Source: Lama guanicoe (lineage: Eukaryota). Taken from it: DNA of 64,000 nucleotides. The stretch's first letter is position 1. Each line of letters opens with the position of its first letter. Under the pieces are notes generated by a model. It searched no databases. It was not told where the DNA came from and was given only the letters and a program-made list of their open reading frames with translations. A program made the position numbers and the translations under genes. Shown here piece after piece: positions 36,371 through 49,460 of the stretch. Where the stretch lies: positions 3,907,802 through 3,971,801 of the forward strand of contig MU054400.1 of the NCBI GenBank assembly GCA_013239625.1, given 5' to 3'.

Positions 36371-39300
36371 GTGTAGTCTCAGCTCTCATGAGACTGAAAG
36401 CGCTGAAACACCATCCAGGATGGGCTTGTCCTTTCAGAGCCTGCTACCCAGGAAAGAAATCCAGCAATCTTTCTTTGAAAGGGCTTTCTAAGACACCCTG
36501 CGATAGTTACTCCAGTCCTAGAGATAGGGCCCAAAGATAAAGCTGAAGCGGGTAATTTCAGTGTCTTCTTCGGTACTATCACATTGTATTCTCCTTATAA
36601 CAATGAACTATGAATTAACCATTGTTGAGAAAAATGAGAAACTACTGTAGAAGATGATAACACAATACCAATACCAAGGTGATTATTTCTCTATCCCAAC
36701 TATGTTTGGGGGAAGTTTAGAATTTCAGTGTATTTCAACGGACTCTGCTTTTTTCCTCTTTCCCTGAACTCCTAACCCTGCTTAACCGTCAGTGTTTATC
36801 CAGATTTTCATTTTCTCTTGAAGTGTTCTGGTTAAGTCTGCAGACGGTGAAACTGCCTTTTAAAAAAGCTTTTTAAAAATGAAAAAATCAAGACCAAACC
36901 AAACCAAACCACAATGTCAAAAATTCATTCCTCTTGTATTTGTTTATATAGATAACTTGGGAAGTTCCTTTAAGAATAAAATCCACTGACATTTGTTCAC
37001 CTTTTGCATTTTAATTTCAATGAAAAAAACCTTGCCGCTTTTTCTTGCTGGCTGTGGTCCTGCCCTGGCGTCTGGTTGCCTTTCCCCTCAGGTGGCTAGC
37101 TTCTTTTGGTTATGGCTTCTGGTCACCTGCTGGCTGCGGTGCCAATTCCGATTGATTACTTTGCCTCCTGCCCTTGGTCCTGGGTGTTGTCTCAGGCAGC
37201 CCCGGCCCATTCTGCTCCAGCGGTTTTCATCCACCTGTGGGTAGATCAGTTCCATCTGTCCTCAGCCCTCTTTGAACAGTGGCTCACTTCAGAGCCATAA
37301 ATGCCTAGGTCCATGAGCTAATCCAGTCTTCTTGGTTGATAGAATCCGGGACAGGATCACCAGCCACAGGGTCATAAACATCATTTGGGTGCTAATAAAT
37401 TTCAAACTTTGAAAGGAGGTGTTTATGTCTAGCAAGAGACACTGTTTGCAGAAGGAACTTTCTTGGGGCGTCTGTAATTTGTTTGGAAGTGGTGACACCT
37501 CAGGAGCCTGGCAGGGGAATTTCTTTCAGGTCTCAGGTAGAGGGAGGAGAGCGCCACGTGATGGGAAGAGCCCTGTGACTGCGCAGTGGCCTCTCCCAGC
37601 CCAGCGTGCCCCTCCCTGACTCCTTGTTCTTTGTGCAGTTATCTTTGCAATCCATCTTTTGTAGCTGACTCTCTCCATCTGTAAAGGAATAGTGATGCAG
37701 GCTTTAATTTGGGGGGTAAAGGGCTGTTAATTTTTACTACATTCTTCAGCCCCTTTGGTCTCACCACTGCGTCCTTTCCTTCTTGTGTGATAGAAGTTTG
37801 GACCTTTGATCTTGTAGTTCAAGGTCTTGGGTTGGATTATGGGATAAAATATGTAGAATTTTGTTTTTTGGTTGTCTTAAAAAATATGATAAATTCCTAT
37901 TTCAGTTAGTCTGTGTGGTGTGGTCAGATGTGTTCAATTGGCTGTTCACCCAGAATTATATTGCACAATCAGCACTGATCAATGATCTTTCACTCATTCA
38001 GTACTCTTCAGCGATGCTGGAGATACAAAGGGAAGAGAAGGTATAGATTTGTAATCTCACTGGGAAGGAGGGGAGTCGGAGAATGAAAAAAGGAATAAAT
38101 GAGCCTGTGGTTGATCGGTGGGTGGTCCGCCCGCTTTCCTCACGCGACCTCTGGGGCCTGGCTGGCCATTCGGTGTGGCTGTGTTTCTTCCAGGCTGCGG
38201 GGATGTGGGGCGCTTGGTCTGGCTTCCACTGGCCGTCAGGATTTCAGTTTTTGTGCTACTTTGGTTGACTGCTTTGCAAGGATGAGGCTGTACTAGCAGA
38301 AGGCAGTTTAGTGCTTTTGCTCCTCCTAGAGTTGGTGATACAGTCTGGTTAGTAGTGGGGGTAGCTGGTTTGAGGTTCTCAGTTTCTCTTACCGAATTTC
38401 TCATTCTAGTGCATCTGCCTTTCCTTGAGGCCTCTGGAGGGGACGTGTTCCATTTTGGAAGGTCTGCGAGGCTAATATGTGAATGCAAAATTAATTCTTT
38501 AGCAGGTAAAACATTTGACTGTCACAATGAGTTTTGTGGCCAGGGAGTGAAAAGTTAGTCTGTGTCGCTCTTCACTGGGGATTTCACCAAACGGCATGGT
38601 GATTTACTTTATTTTTAAAGATGGGAGGCCATGTAGCTGCCACCAGCATGAATTTCCCCACCAGGGAGAAGTGCTGGAATAGACTACAGCTCCCGCCTTC
38701 AACTCTTGTCCTAACTTCTAAATTACGCCACTCCCCACCCTTTATGAAATATGTACCTGACATCCTGATGGATGGATGCATCTCTGTGTAGGTCCCGTGG
38801 GTAACGAGCCTGCCTCTGATTAAGTCACAGGTTTCCCATATCAGTCTTATGAGTTCTGTGGCGCAGTTCCTTGAGCTGACAGCAGTACAATAGCACCTTT
38901 TGAACTGTTCCTGGTTTCATGCCAGAAAACTTATCTTTTAACCGTTTTGCACCCACCTCCCAACTCCTAGGGCAAGTAGAGAAAGGAAGGAGTATGTTTT
39001 GAAAGAAATTCTAAGCTTCTATTGTGTTTTCCCACTTTGTAATTCATTTCATCATTGATTAAAAAAAAACATCATGGAAAACAACAGAAGACTAGATGGT
39101 TTTAGAATGTTTACACAAAGTCCAAGTTCGTCATGTTTTAACATTTCCATTGAATGCCAGCTCCACACCAGGAACTCTGCTAGGTGCTGGAGATACAGGT
39201 AGACAAACTTTGTGTTGTCATTAGCATTTGTGTGTGTGTGTGTGTATGATTTTGTGATCTAAATTGTATATCCTGATTAAAGTAGATGAGTTAATGCCTG

Positions 39301-40039
39301 TTGTTGTTTTGTTTGGAAGAAGATCCCACACTAAAAAGGAAAGAGCAAAAATATATTTTTTCCTTCTGTATTCATAACCAAAATAGATACTGCTCTGTGA
39401 AAAAATCCTCATTTCTGTAGGATTTTCTTGGGAACTGTGTTATTGTAGCAGTATATTTTCTTATGAGAATCATAAAAGAACTTTCCATCAGGATTCACCA
39501 CCCTGAATAAATGGCCTCTCCACAAATGATTGATTTCCTTTGATCTTCTGGGCCCAGTGAAGTCTGAACTGTTGTTTCTCACTTTGCAGAGATGTTTGGA
39601 CACTCAGGCTAGTGAGACACTGGGATGTTGAAGTGTACAATTTTTCCCTACTTACCTATTTCTAACTTTATTTTTCCTCCTCTATTTGGGTTATTCGGGG
39701 TTTTTCCCCCCTTACTTTAATCTTACAGAACAATTTACACACATTTTAATAAATCTCAAATTCTTTTCAGAATGAGGTGAAGTATTCAGATATACACAAA
39801 TTAAAATAGGAAATAATTATACCTAACATAAACTGCAGGTCAGAAATAATTATGCTCAAAATTTTCTGGAGGTTTTAAGTGTTTATCTAGACAGTTTTCA
39901 TATTTTTCAGGTCTCCAAGTATCAAATTCATATACTTCCAGAGAGTTTTACAGTCAAGATGGACCTTAGAGATATGTAGTTTGTTTTCAGGAATGTTCAT
40001 TTACCCTTGTTAGTGTTTGCGTATATAGAATGAGAGTAA

Positions 40040-41320
40040 TTTTTTCCTGTTTTATGTATAAAAATAGAACAAGCTCATGTTAAAAAATTTCACACAGCAT
40101 ATAAGTAAGAACTAAGTAATAAAAGCCTTTTTCCCTCATTAGTCCCCTAAATTTCATTCCCCTTTGTGTAACATTATAGACTTTTCTATGTGCTTATAAG
40201 TATACACACACACACACACACACACACACTTTGATGTTATGTGAATGAATCATAATCTCTGTGTAGTAGGCTTTTGTCAGTTGACAAAACAGAAACATTT
40301 TTTTCAGGGTGGTATAAAGAGCTCTCTTTTATTTTTAGTATAGTGGTTTATTATTCCTTTGTATGGATACTCCTTACCTTATTTGACTAGTCTCTTAATA
40401 ATGGGCACTTAGGACTCCCTCCCCTTTTATGAAAGCAAACGTTGCTGCCAAAGATGTCTTTGTTCATAGAAGTTTTACACACCTGTGGGAAAGGTACATA
40501 TCTGGAAATATGATTACTGGCTACGTGTGTTGAAGTATTTGACAAATATTGCCAAATGGCTCTCCAAAGTGATGCTCTCCCCAAAAGGTTTTATTCTTAT
40601 TCCCTCATCTCTCCACAAAGGTATAATCAAACTTCTTTTCCTTATATGCAGAAAATGACATTTTATGTATTTTAATATGAATCTTATTATAAATGAGTCT
40701 GAGCCCCTTCCTTTATTAACTGCCTCTTTGGGTTTATTTTTCTCTGGACTATATCTTTAGGATCTTTGCACATCCCCCCATACTCCATCATTGGATTGTT
40801 CAGCTTCTTATTGTTCTTATTGTTAAGTGTGTTCTTTATATTAATTTTCTGTCTGTCACAGTATGAGGCAATTAAAAAAATCATGATTGATCATCTGCTT
40901 TGTTTTTCTTACTGTATATAGACATACATATATATCCTTCCGTGTCTTTCTTTTTTGTGGTTGAATTTATCAATATTCCTTTCATGGAGTCTTTTTTTCA
41001 TCATGCTTTGATATTGTCAACAAAATTGTAAGGATATTTAGTTATGCTTTTCTGGTATGTTTTGTGGTTTAATTTTTTTTTAAGCTTAAGTCTTTGACTC
41101 ATTTAGAATTGATTTGATTCAAGAAGTGGTGTATGAATTGAGTGTTGTTTGTTTTCTCCGCCTAGCCAGTTTCTCCAATACCATCTTTTACTCAGTGATT
41201 TTTAAATGCCACCTTCATCTTTTTTTTTTTCTGGGCTCTTTATCCCATTGATCTGTTTCTCTGTCATTGGCTCTAGTACTAGAAACGTTCACACTTTTAG
41301 TTTTAGAATGCATTTGCCTG
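40040..41320 (-). mobile_element. old diverged LINE-1 fragments (L1ME-like), including (CA)n at ~40204-40229
   Basis: 'tttgacaaatattgccaaatggctctccaaagtg', 'ccagtttctccaataccat', 'ttctgggctctttat.ccattgatctg'. Confidence 0.6.
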
Positions 41321-41439
41321 TGCTTGGAATTCCCATGGGACTTATGGGAGCCTGATAGTATGGGAGGTGGGCAGAAATTGCTCACTTGGGCTCTTGCTTC
41401 CTCTGAACACAACCCATGGGAGCAACCAGCTGATATTCC

Positions 41440-41640
41440 ACTACAGTCATACACTTGTTTTATGCTCAGCAAAGTGCTGTTGCATGACTGTCACGTTAAT
41501 CCTAACAACTATCTTTGAAGGTGGAGGTGGCTGCTCCTATTTTCAGAAAGTGACTTTAACAGAGGTTCCGAGATTCAGCCAGCATCATCCAGCTCCCATG
41601 TGGTACAGCCAGGACTCCTAACTCAGCTTCTCAATGCCCT
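41440..41640 (-). mobile_element. MIR
   Basis: 'aatcctaacaac...tgaaggt.g...tcctatttt.cagaa..tga...acagaggtt...ccaggactcctaactc'. Confidence 0.55.
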
Positions 41641-42944
41641 TCCCCCAAACCACAGCTGCCCCATTTCCAGGGCTAATCCTGGATCTTCCGCTCAAGGTTC
41701 GCCTCACCAGGAGGCATTCCTTCTTCAGGACTCTGAGCAGGTGATGCCCCACCTAGATCTGAAACTTTGTTTGTGGCTCTTCTCAGTTAAATCCTCAAAC
41801 AGCCTTTGGAAACGCACCCTTAGTAGCTGACTGCAGGCCGACCAGCATTGAGAACCGGCTCCCGCGTCTTCGTCTGCAGCTCCTCCAGCAAGAGGCTGGC
41901 ACGAGGCGGGCGGCCCCTGATGATTGTTTTCCACTCTCGCTGTGTTTTTTTTTTTTAGAAGAAAATTTTTCCATAATACCCTAAATTCCTTGAGCAGATA
42001 TTTATCAGCAGCCTCTGTGTGATAGCAAAGTACTTTTCAGCAGAGAGAAAGTCAGTTTGACAGATAAACATGCCGCATAATTAAAGGATTAGCCTCGTTC
42101 CTCCTGAAGTTAGATTAGGAGCTGCGGACTTTTGTGCTAACTTGTTTATGATAAAATTATTTGTTGTCATTTTGCAGGGAATAACTCTCCAACCCTGAGA
42201 CAGTGTCAGTTTCGATATTTTCACCTCCGAGGCAAGTGGGAAATGACATTTACACAATGTGACCTGTGGCACATACCTGAACGGTCTCCAGCTTGTCAAA
42301 TCCAGACGTTTCCCCTTTCATGAGTGAAGGGGAATACCGCCCTCCCCCACTCCCATCTGTTTCTCTGTGGAGGGAAAAATTTTATCTTCCAGTATATTCT
42401 GAGTTTTGTGCAGATTGGATGATGGCTCTTACTGGGTGATTCAATCTGTTTCTCTGACCCAAGCCGCAGTGACTGAAAGGGGGGTTGGAGAAGACTGACT
42501 GGAGGAGTTGAGGGGACAAGACCAGGATAAAAGGTTGTGCAGAAGACTAGTTTTTAACCCCTTCAATCCAATTTTTATTTCTTTAATCAGATCTGAACAA
42601 GTGTCTGCTACTGTGGCTAACTTTCTTTCTATGTATTTGCTTATTTGTCAGTTTTCAAGAAGTACTTCAAAGTAATTTCACCTCTCCAGGATCCAATGAT
42701 GTGAAGGCAGAGGAGGGAAAAAGGAAAAAAAGACATGTTTAGAAATTAAAACAAATTTTTAAACAGGAAAAATGTTCTTTTTTGATATAGCTAGGAAAAA
42801 TGCACTCTCCTCATCCTTTGCCTAATCATTTTCGTGAACATATAGAAACTTCATAGGGAGAGGAGGAAGGCATTAGTAAGAGAGGACTAATTTTATCTAG
42901 TTATCCAAGGCTGGTTTTGCTCCTTCTGACCCCTCTGCTGGTTT

Positions 42945-43503
42945 TTTTTTTTCCTACAGTTTTATTTTATTTTTTTAAATTGAACTATAGTTGATTTACA
43001 GTGTTGTATGACTTTCAAGTGTATAGCAAAGTGATTCAGTTATACATACATATATATTCTTTTTCAGATTCTTTTTCATTATAGGTTATTACAAGATATT
43101 GAAATAGTTCCCTGTGCTATACAGCAGGACCTTGCTGTTTATCTATTTTGTGTATAGTAGTTAATAGCTGCAAATCTAGAACTCCTAATTTATTCCTCCC
43201 CGACATTCACCCCTGGTAACCATGACTGTTTCCTATACCTGTGAGTCTGTCTCTGTATTGTAAATAAGTTCATTTGTCTTTTTTTAGATTCCACATATAA
43301 GTGATATCATAGTATTTTTCTTTCTTTCTGGCTTATTTCACTTAGAATGATGATCTCTGGGTCCATCCATGTTGCCACAAATGGCATTATTTTATTCTTT
43401 CTTTTTTTTTAATGGCTGAAGAGTATTCCATTGTATAAATATACCACATCTCTTTATCCAGTCATCTGTTGATGGACATTTAGGTTGTTTCCATGTCTTG
43501 GTT
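42945..43503 (-). mobile_element. 5'-truncated lineage-specific LINE-1
   Basis: 'aattgaactatagttgatttaca', 'gattccacatataagtgatatcat', 'tttatccagtcatctgttgatggacatttaggttgtttccatgtcttgg'. Confidence 0.92.
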
Positions 43504-44199
43504 CATTGCCCGGGGAGGAAAAAGCATGGGCCAGATAGTGAAGGCAGGAATGTAGGAGACGTCTTTGAGAAGGAGGGGCAGATACTGCAGGAGCTGGGTT
43601 GGGGCTTGCTTGGGAGGGCTGTAGCAGACACTCTCTGTGCCTTGTGTCACTTCCCCATGGCCCTCCTGTGATTTGGGTGCCTCTGGGGTACACGGTCACC
43701 TGAATGCTGGCTCACCCCTGTAATGTGCATGCCTTGGTATCTCTCTTGCTGCTGTCTCAGGGCTTCCTCCCAGGTCCAAGAGAGCACTTGACTTGCCTGC
43801 AGGAGTGTCTCTGCCCTGCAGGACAGCCCCCAGCCAAGTGGGGTGAAGGTTGGTGGACAAATGGTCCAGCCTTCCTTCCTTCAGCGGGCAGCTCAGAAGC
43901 ATAGTCTGTGCAGTTCCTCTGAATTTGAGCCAGGTGCCCATACTGATGACCAGTGTGACAACACTGTTTAACTCTTCTTCTCCCTCACTCCTGCTTCCTG
44001 GGCTCATCTCTCAAAGAAGCCACCAGCATATGATTTATGAGCATGGATGAAAATACTGAAGGGTACACAGTTGGTTTTTTACATCAGTGCTTCGTGCAGA
44101 GTTGAGGAGGGAAGTTGTGGAATATGGGTGAGGGAGGAAACCATGAGGGGTAATGGGCATAAAATGTACTGAAAAAAAAACCCAAAAATAAAACCCAAC

Positions 44200-44590
44200 C
44201 TCCTTAATTTAAACAAAGTATGCTGGGCTCTTTGATATTATCTGTATGGAAAAGAAAAAGATGGACGGAAACGTATGATAGGAAGAAATGAAGGCTTTTC
44301 AAATTTTTAAAAAATGGGCAAGACTAAGCTATACTGCCTAGGATTTCAGAGATGGTGATAAGCCCAGAAGGAAACACAAATAAGAGATCATTACCAAAGT
44401 CCTAACAGTGGTTACTTTTTAAAGGAAATAGGTAGTGGCCATTTGACGGAGAGTTCTAGGGTGGCTGCAAAGTTCTAATTCTTGACCTGGGTAGTGGTTA
44501 TAATAATTCATTGAAATTTACATTTGTTTTGAATAGCTTTCTGCATTTGTATTATATTTTGCTTTGCAATGGAAAGGTTAAAAACCCTGG
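44200..44590 (+). mobile_element. old LINE-1 3' fragment
   Basis: 'aaaatgggcaagactaagctata', 'aaagttcta.ttcttgacctgggtagtggtta'. Confidence 0.6.
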
Positions 44591-45497
44591 TAAGTATGAT
44601 ACAATCCACCTATGCATTTATGCAAAATTATACATGTGTGTATAAAAGCAAATACACAAATAAAAACAGCAGCTGACCGGTGGGTATATAAAATTACCTC
44701 TGACAGCTAAAGAGAATGTTCCAGAATTAGGTTGAGGACTCTCCCTTTCCAAATCCATGATGCCTCAAAGCATCAGGCTGGGCAGCTTTCTCACCAACTT
44801 TGTTCAGACAGATGAAGGCAGGAAGGATTAGTTTTGATCATGCCGGCTGGATGTGTGAGTAACATTCTGCTTTGTAATTATTTTTGACATTTGACAGTTC
44901 TAGACACAACTTTTTGCAGCTCTGAAATGTTGGCAGTGCATTTAGTTTTGAAGGATTCAGATTTTCCTATAAGCAGCCAAGTACTCGCAGGATACCCCTT
45001 CGGGTGCCTTATTTCAAATTAAGGTAGAGAGTTTTGGAGAGTCACAAAGCCAGAGGGAGTTTCAGGAAAGAACCCATCACTTAGCAACCACCACCACCAC
45101 CACAACGAAAGTGTGCCTTTTAAATTATTTTAAAAACCTGATCCCTGTGTATAGAACTGGGCTTACAATTTTTCGGAGTAGATACCAGGTGAATCTTTGT
45201 TCCCAGATATCTCCCCAACCTGTCTACCCAACTGCTGAAATTCTGACTCAGATTATTCCTTTGGCTGGTGAGTTTAAAAACGCCCCTATCCCTAGGAGAA
45301 GTAGGCAGGTGAAGGCTGCTATGAGATATTAATGCTACGGTGAGAAGAATGCATGGAGAAATGGGTTCTACATGGAGAGAAGAGGGATGCAGCATTGCAA
45401 AGAACAGAGAATTGCTCAGAAGGAAAATGCCTGGAGCTGTTTAAAAGCAGATAATGAAAAGCCACTGAGTGTGAACAGTGACACTTACGGAAATTTT

Positions 45498-45860
45498 ATC
45501 AGTCCAGTTCTTTTGGTTTAAAGTGACAGAAAACTCAACCCAATTGGGCTTAAGAAAAGAAAGGGATTCTATCGGCTCTTATAATTTAAAAGTCTACTGG
45601 TAGATTTAGGGTGGGGTTTCAGGCCTGGCCTGATCCGGGGGTACAAATAATACTTTGAAAACTTGGTCTTTTCTACTCTTGGACCTGCTCTCCTCTCTTT
45701 TGGATTCCCTCTCAGCAGGCCCCCTGCTCCTGTCATCTCTCAACTGTAGTATAAAAGGTTCTTCCTTGTTCTGGTCACTCGACAAAAATTGTGGGATTAG
45801 TTCTAATTGGCTCTGATTGGCCACACGCTCATTCCTAAATCAGTCACGGTAGCCACCAGA
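45498..45860 (-). mobile_element. MaLR LTR (MLT1K/L-like)
   Basis: 'ttttggtt..aagtgacagaaaactcaac.caa.tgggcttaag', 'tctgattggcc...ctcattcctaaatcagtcacggtagcc'. Confidence 0.65.
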
Positions 45861-46399
45861 TGCAACGGGCAAGAGGTTTCTGGGAGAAACTCCTTCAGAT
45901 ATTTCTTGTCCTTCTTACTCCCTGCCCCTCCCTTTTCTTCCTGAGATTCTGGCTACAGAGTTTACATAAACGTTTTAAAGACAATACCCCTGGACATGGA
46001 TAGCATGATGTGTGTGAGTCTAGAGTTAGCAAGAGAACTGAAGACCTGAGACCAGATCTGAGGAAGGAGTTTCAGAGTTGGCCAAACTCAATTTTCCATC
46101 TTGCAAGACCAGGCTTGAGTGATGAACAATTGGAAAATCTATTTAATGAAACTCAAGCTAGAGCAAAATTATGCCCTTGAGACATACAGGAGATCATAAA
46201 ACAAAACAGAAGCCAGGTCCTGGAGACATTGAGCATGCAAGGAAAATAGAAGGTCTTAGTTGTGGACTGGTGCCAACGACAGGGCATATCCAAGCCCAGA
46301 TGGGTGCCGCTTTGAAGAAGGGGACCTTCAAGGGGCATGGATCATGTCCACGCCAGATCCCAAACACCTGCCTTCCAAGTTTAACTCCCAGATGGAGGT

Positions 46400-46880
46400 A
46401 CAAGCAACGGGCCATAGCCATGCTAAGAGAAGCACCGTCAGCTCCTGATTGGAAGGCTAGGGTCTAAGCAGGCTTTGTAAAGGAGGTACGGTTGGGCTGA
46501 GCCCACAAGAAGGCAGAAGATGGGGAAGTGGAGATGAGAGATTGGAAGGGAGAATGTTCTTGGAGGGGCAATGGCATGAGGGAAAACCTGATGGTGGAAA
46601 AGGGCCACACTACCTTTTGGTTGATTCAGCATGACTAAAGGACTGGGGAATATTAGGGCCATGGGAATAGAGCTGAGGAAAGTTGGGGGTCACATCAAGA
46701 GCTAAACAGAGGTGCTTTACCTGCACTGGGTAAATAACGGAGAGCCACTGAAGGATTCTGAGCAGGAGAATGTCACGATCAAGCTGATGTTTTAGGAAGA
46801 TTGAGTGGGTAAAATATGCAGGATGGACTGGAAATCCATAAAGGGAGAGCTGCTATTGTCAAGTTCTAGTGCAAAGAACA
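46400..46880 (-). mobile_element. L2 fragment
   Basis: 'ggagagccactgaaggattctgagcaggagaatg.cacgatca..tg.tgttttaggaagat'. Confidence 0.7.
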
Positions 46881-46884
46881 AATG

Positions 46885-47110
46885 AGAGATTCAGAATCAC
46901 ACAGACTGAATTTCGGTTCTTGACCTTCTGACTTATTAGCAGTGGGAACTTGGGAATCCCACTTAACTTCCCTACACCTCAGTTTCTCCCATCTTTAAAA
47001 TGAGGATAATAGTAGTACTTACCTCAAAGGATTGTTCAGTGAGTTTCGACAGTGAATTTAAAGCACCCGACCCAAGGTCTGACACAGGGCAATGAATGGG
47101 TAAGTAGTAG
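46885..47110 (+). mobile_element. MIR (near full length)
   Basis: 'acttaacttccct..acctcagtttc..ccatctttaaaatgaggataatagtagtac.tacctca.aggattgtt'. Confidence 0.85.
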
Positions 47111-47209
47111 TATTAGGGAGAAGGCAGATAATACGGCTTAGACAAGAAGCCATAAAGGAAGCCACAAGAAGCGTGGATAACACCCTCTCTTTCCTCCTGT
47201 CTTCTAGAT

Positions 47210-47405
47210 CAGGGGCTGGCAAACTATGGCTAGTGGGTTCATTCCAGCCAGTGGTCTGATTCACACTGTCCTCAAGCCATAAGTCATTTTTACATTTTTA
47301 AAAGGTTGTACAAAACAAACAAAGAAGATACAACAGAGACAATATGTGGCTCACAAAGCCTAAAACATTTACTATCTGGTGCTTTCAGAGCTTTGTTGAC
47401 GTCTC
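47210..47405 (+). mobile_element. hAT-Charlie MER58-family MITE
   Basis: 5' TIR 'caggggctggcaaactatggc'; 'tatgtggctcacaaagcctaaaacatttactatctgg'. Confidence 0.85.
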
Positions 47406-47968
47406 TTCTGGAGCAAACTCTTGAGCATCTGAGCAAAGAACATGTCCATGGAACACGTACATCTATACAGTGATACTCACACACAGAGGGGCCTATTGCA
47501 TCCTCCTCTTGGCTAGGGGACCAGCAAAGCCTTTTGCATGCTGGGAGCAGCTGCTTCCTTGGAAGCTTCACCGTCTGAGTATTTTCCTAAATGCAATCAT
47601 CTCCTGGGCCCTGGGCTCTCAATATTTCATTCCCCTCCCAAGTCTCTGTTGTTGCTACAAAGGAATATTGTAGAAATCTCCAATGCCTGCAAACATTCAT
47701 AGGCCCTTGAGGGGAAAAAAGCATTTTTAGTGTTTGCATAATATTTTGGAAAAAAGTGTCTTTGTGTCCTGGAAACTTTTGTAAAGTTTACATTGTAAAA
47801 GGGATAAAGCAGAAAAAAAGGGTCCCTCCGTGCACTGTTACAAATATGAGGCTTGTCTAAGGTCAAACAGATCTGCTGGGCATGGATTATTATGAAACTA
47901 GATATTTAAGCTATCTATTTTAGTTGCAAAATACATGACTTAATGGAAATATGTAGGAATATTTCAGC

Positions 47969-48012
47969 CAAAAAAAAAAAAAAAAGAAGAAGAAGAAGAA
48001 AGAAAAAGAAAA
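47969..48012. repeat. poly-A / (GAA)n tract
   Basis: Directly visible. Confidence 0.9.
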
Positions 48013-48679
48013 ACAGAAAGCAACAGCTAGAGTCTGAATAAATCAAAGCCAGATGAGGTGTCTATGTGCCACAAAGGAATGGGCTTCAGGAATTGTATTT
48101 GCCCTCATAGAACTATGTCGTACTGTACCTTTAAGAAGACATTTAAAAATACATCCTCTTACTTATAAAATGATCATGATGATACTTGAATTTAGAATCT
48201 TAATTTAATCAGTGAAAAAAGTCATCCATCTTACACTTAATCTTGACATTCAGGGAGCAAATTCATTAATTTATGCACATTATTCATTCAGTAGATATAT
48301 TTTAAATGCTTACTACATACCAGAAACTGGGCTAGGATAGTGGTCATTCCAGCTCCCTCCAACTCTTATCTCAACTAGCTTTTGCATCATGAGCCTAGAA
48401 AAGCAACCTTTGGTTTTCAGAGTCAGGAAGGCCATAGACAAAGCAAAGCCTACAGTCCGGGGATATTAAGTTCACCCTTAATAGTCTGACAATATTGCAG
48501 ATCCACAATGTTATTTGACCCTCACAAACTGCAGTCCAGAGAAACTTTGTTAACAAGTAGTTGAAAAGGGCGAGACTTGAGAACTCCGGGAATGTGTCTC
48601 CCGGGCACGTGATATTTCTGTGGAGCTGAAGTTCAAGGACTCCACACCAAGAGAGGGATGGTGGCTTGAAAGGGCTGAG

Positions 48680-49227
48680 TGCTGGGAATGTAAAGTGGTA
48701 CAGACACCCTGGGAAATTGTTTGGCAATTTCTTATGAAACTAAACATGCAAATACCATACGCTTTGGCAATTACACTCTTGGGCATTCATCCCTGAGAGA
48801 TGGAAGCTTATGTTCACACAAAAATCTGTTCATGACTGTTCATAGCAGTTTTATTGGTAACGATCAGAAAGTGAAAATAGCAATGGGTAAATGGGTAAAC
48901 TGTGGTACTTCCACACTGTGGAACACTACTCAGCCAATTAAAAGAGAAACTGTTAATACTTGTAAATACTTGGATGAATTGCAAAGGAATTATGCTCAGG
49001 GAGAAAAAGCCATTCCCCAAAAGCTATGTATTGTGTGATTCCATTTATGTAATAAATTATATGACAAAATTAGGGATATGGAAACCAGTGGTTGCTGGGT
49101 ATTAGGGATGGAGGGAAGGGGTGGCCGTGGTTACAAAAGAGCAGCACAAGGGATTCAGTTGTTCTATACCTTGACTGTAGCGGATACATGAATCAGCACA
49201 TGTGATACAACTTCAGAGAACTAAGCG

Positions 49228-49266
<39 letters not shown>

Positions 49267-49460
49267 ACAAGTAAAACTGGGGAAATCCAAATGAGATGGG
49301 TGGATTATCAGTGTCAGTAACCTAGTGACACTGTACTATTGTAGCTTTATAAGATGTTACTGTGCAAGGATACTGGGTGAAGAGTACACAGGATCTCTCA
49401 TTATTTCTTATAATTGCATGTGCACCTGCAGTTATATCAAAAAGTGTAAGTTTTAAAAGA
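48680..49460 (+). mobile_element. LINE-1 3' region (L1MD/MC-like), including (CA)n at ~49231-49264
   Basis: 'gggaatgtaaagtggtacag.cac.ctgg.aaa..gtttggca.tttctta', 'gtaaaactggggaaatc.aaat.agat', 'ctgggtgaagagtacacaggatctctc'. Confidence 0.85.

Noticed and set aside
37100..37120. miR-9-like 'tcttttggttat'
   Set aside because: Extra T, the 3' half does not match miR-9, and there is no partner arm
44930..44952. miR-34/449-like 'tggcagtgcatttag'
   Set aside because: Only the seed matches and no complementary arm was seen nearby
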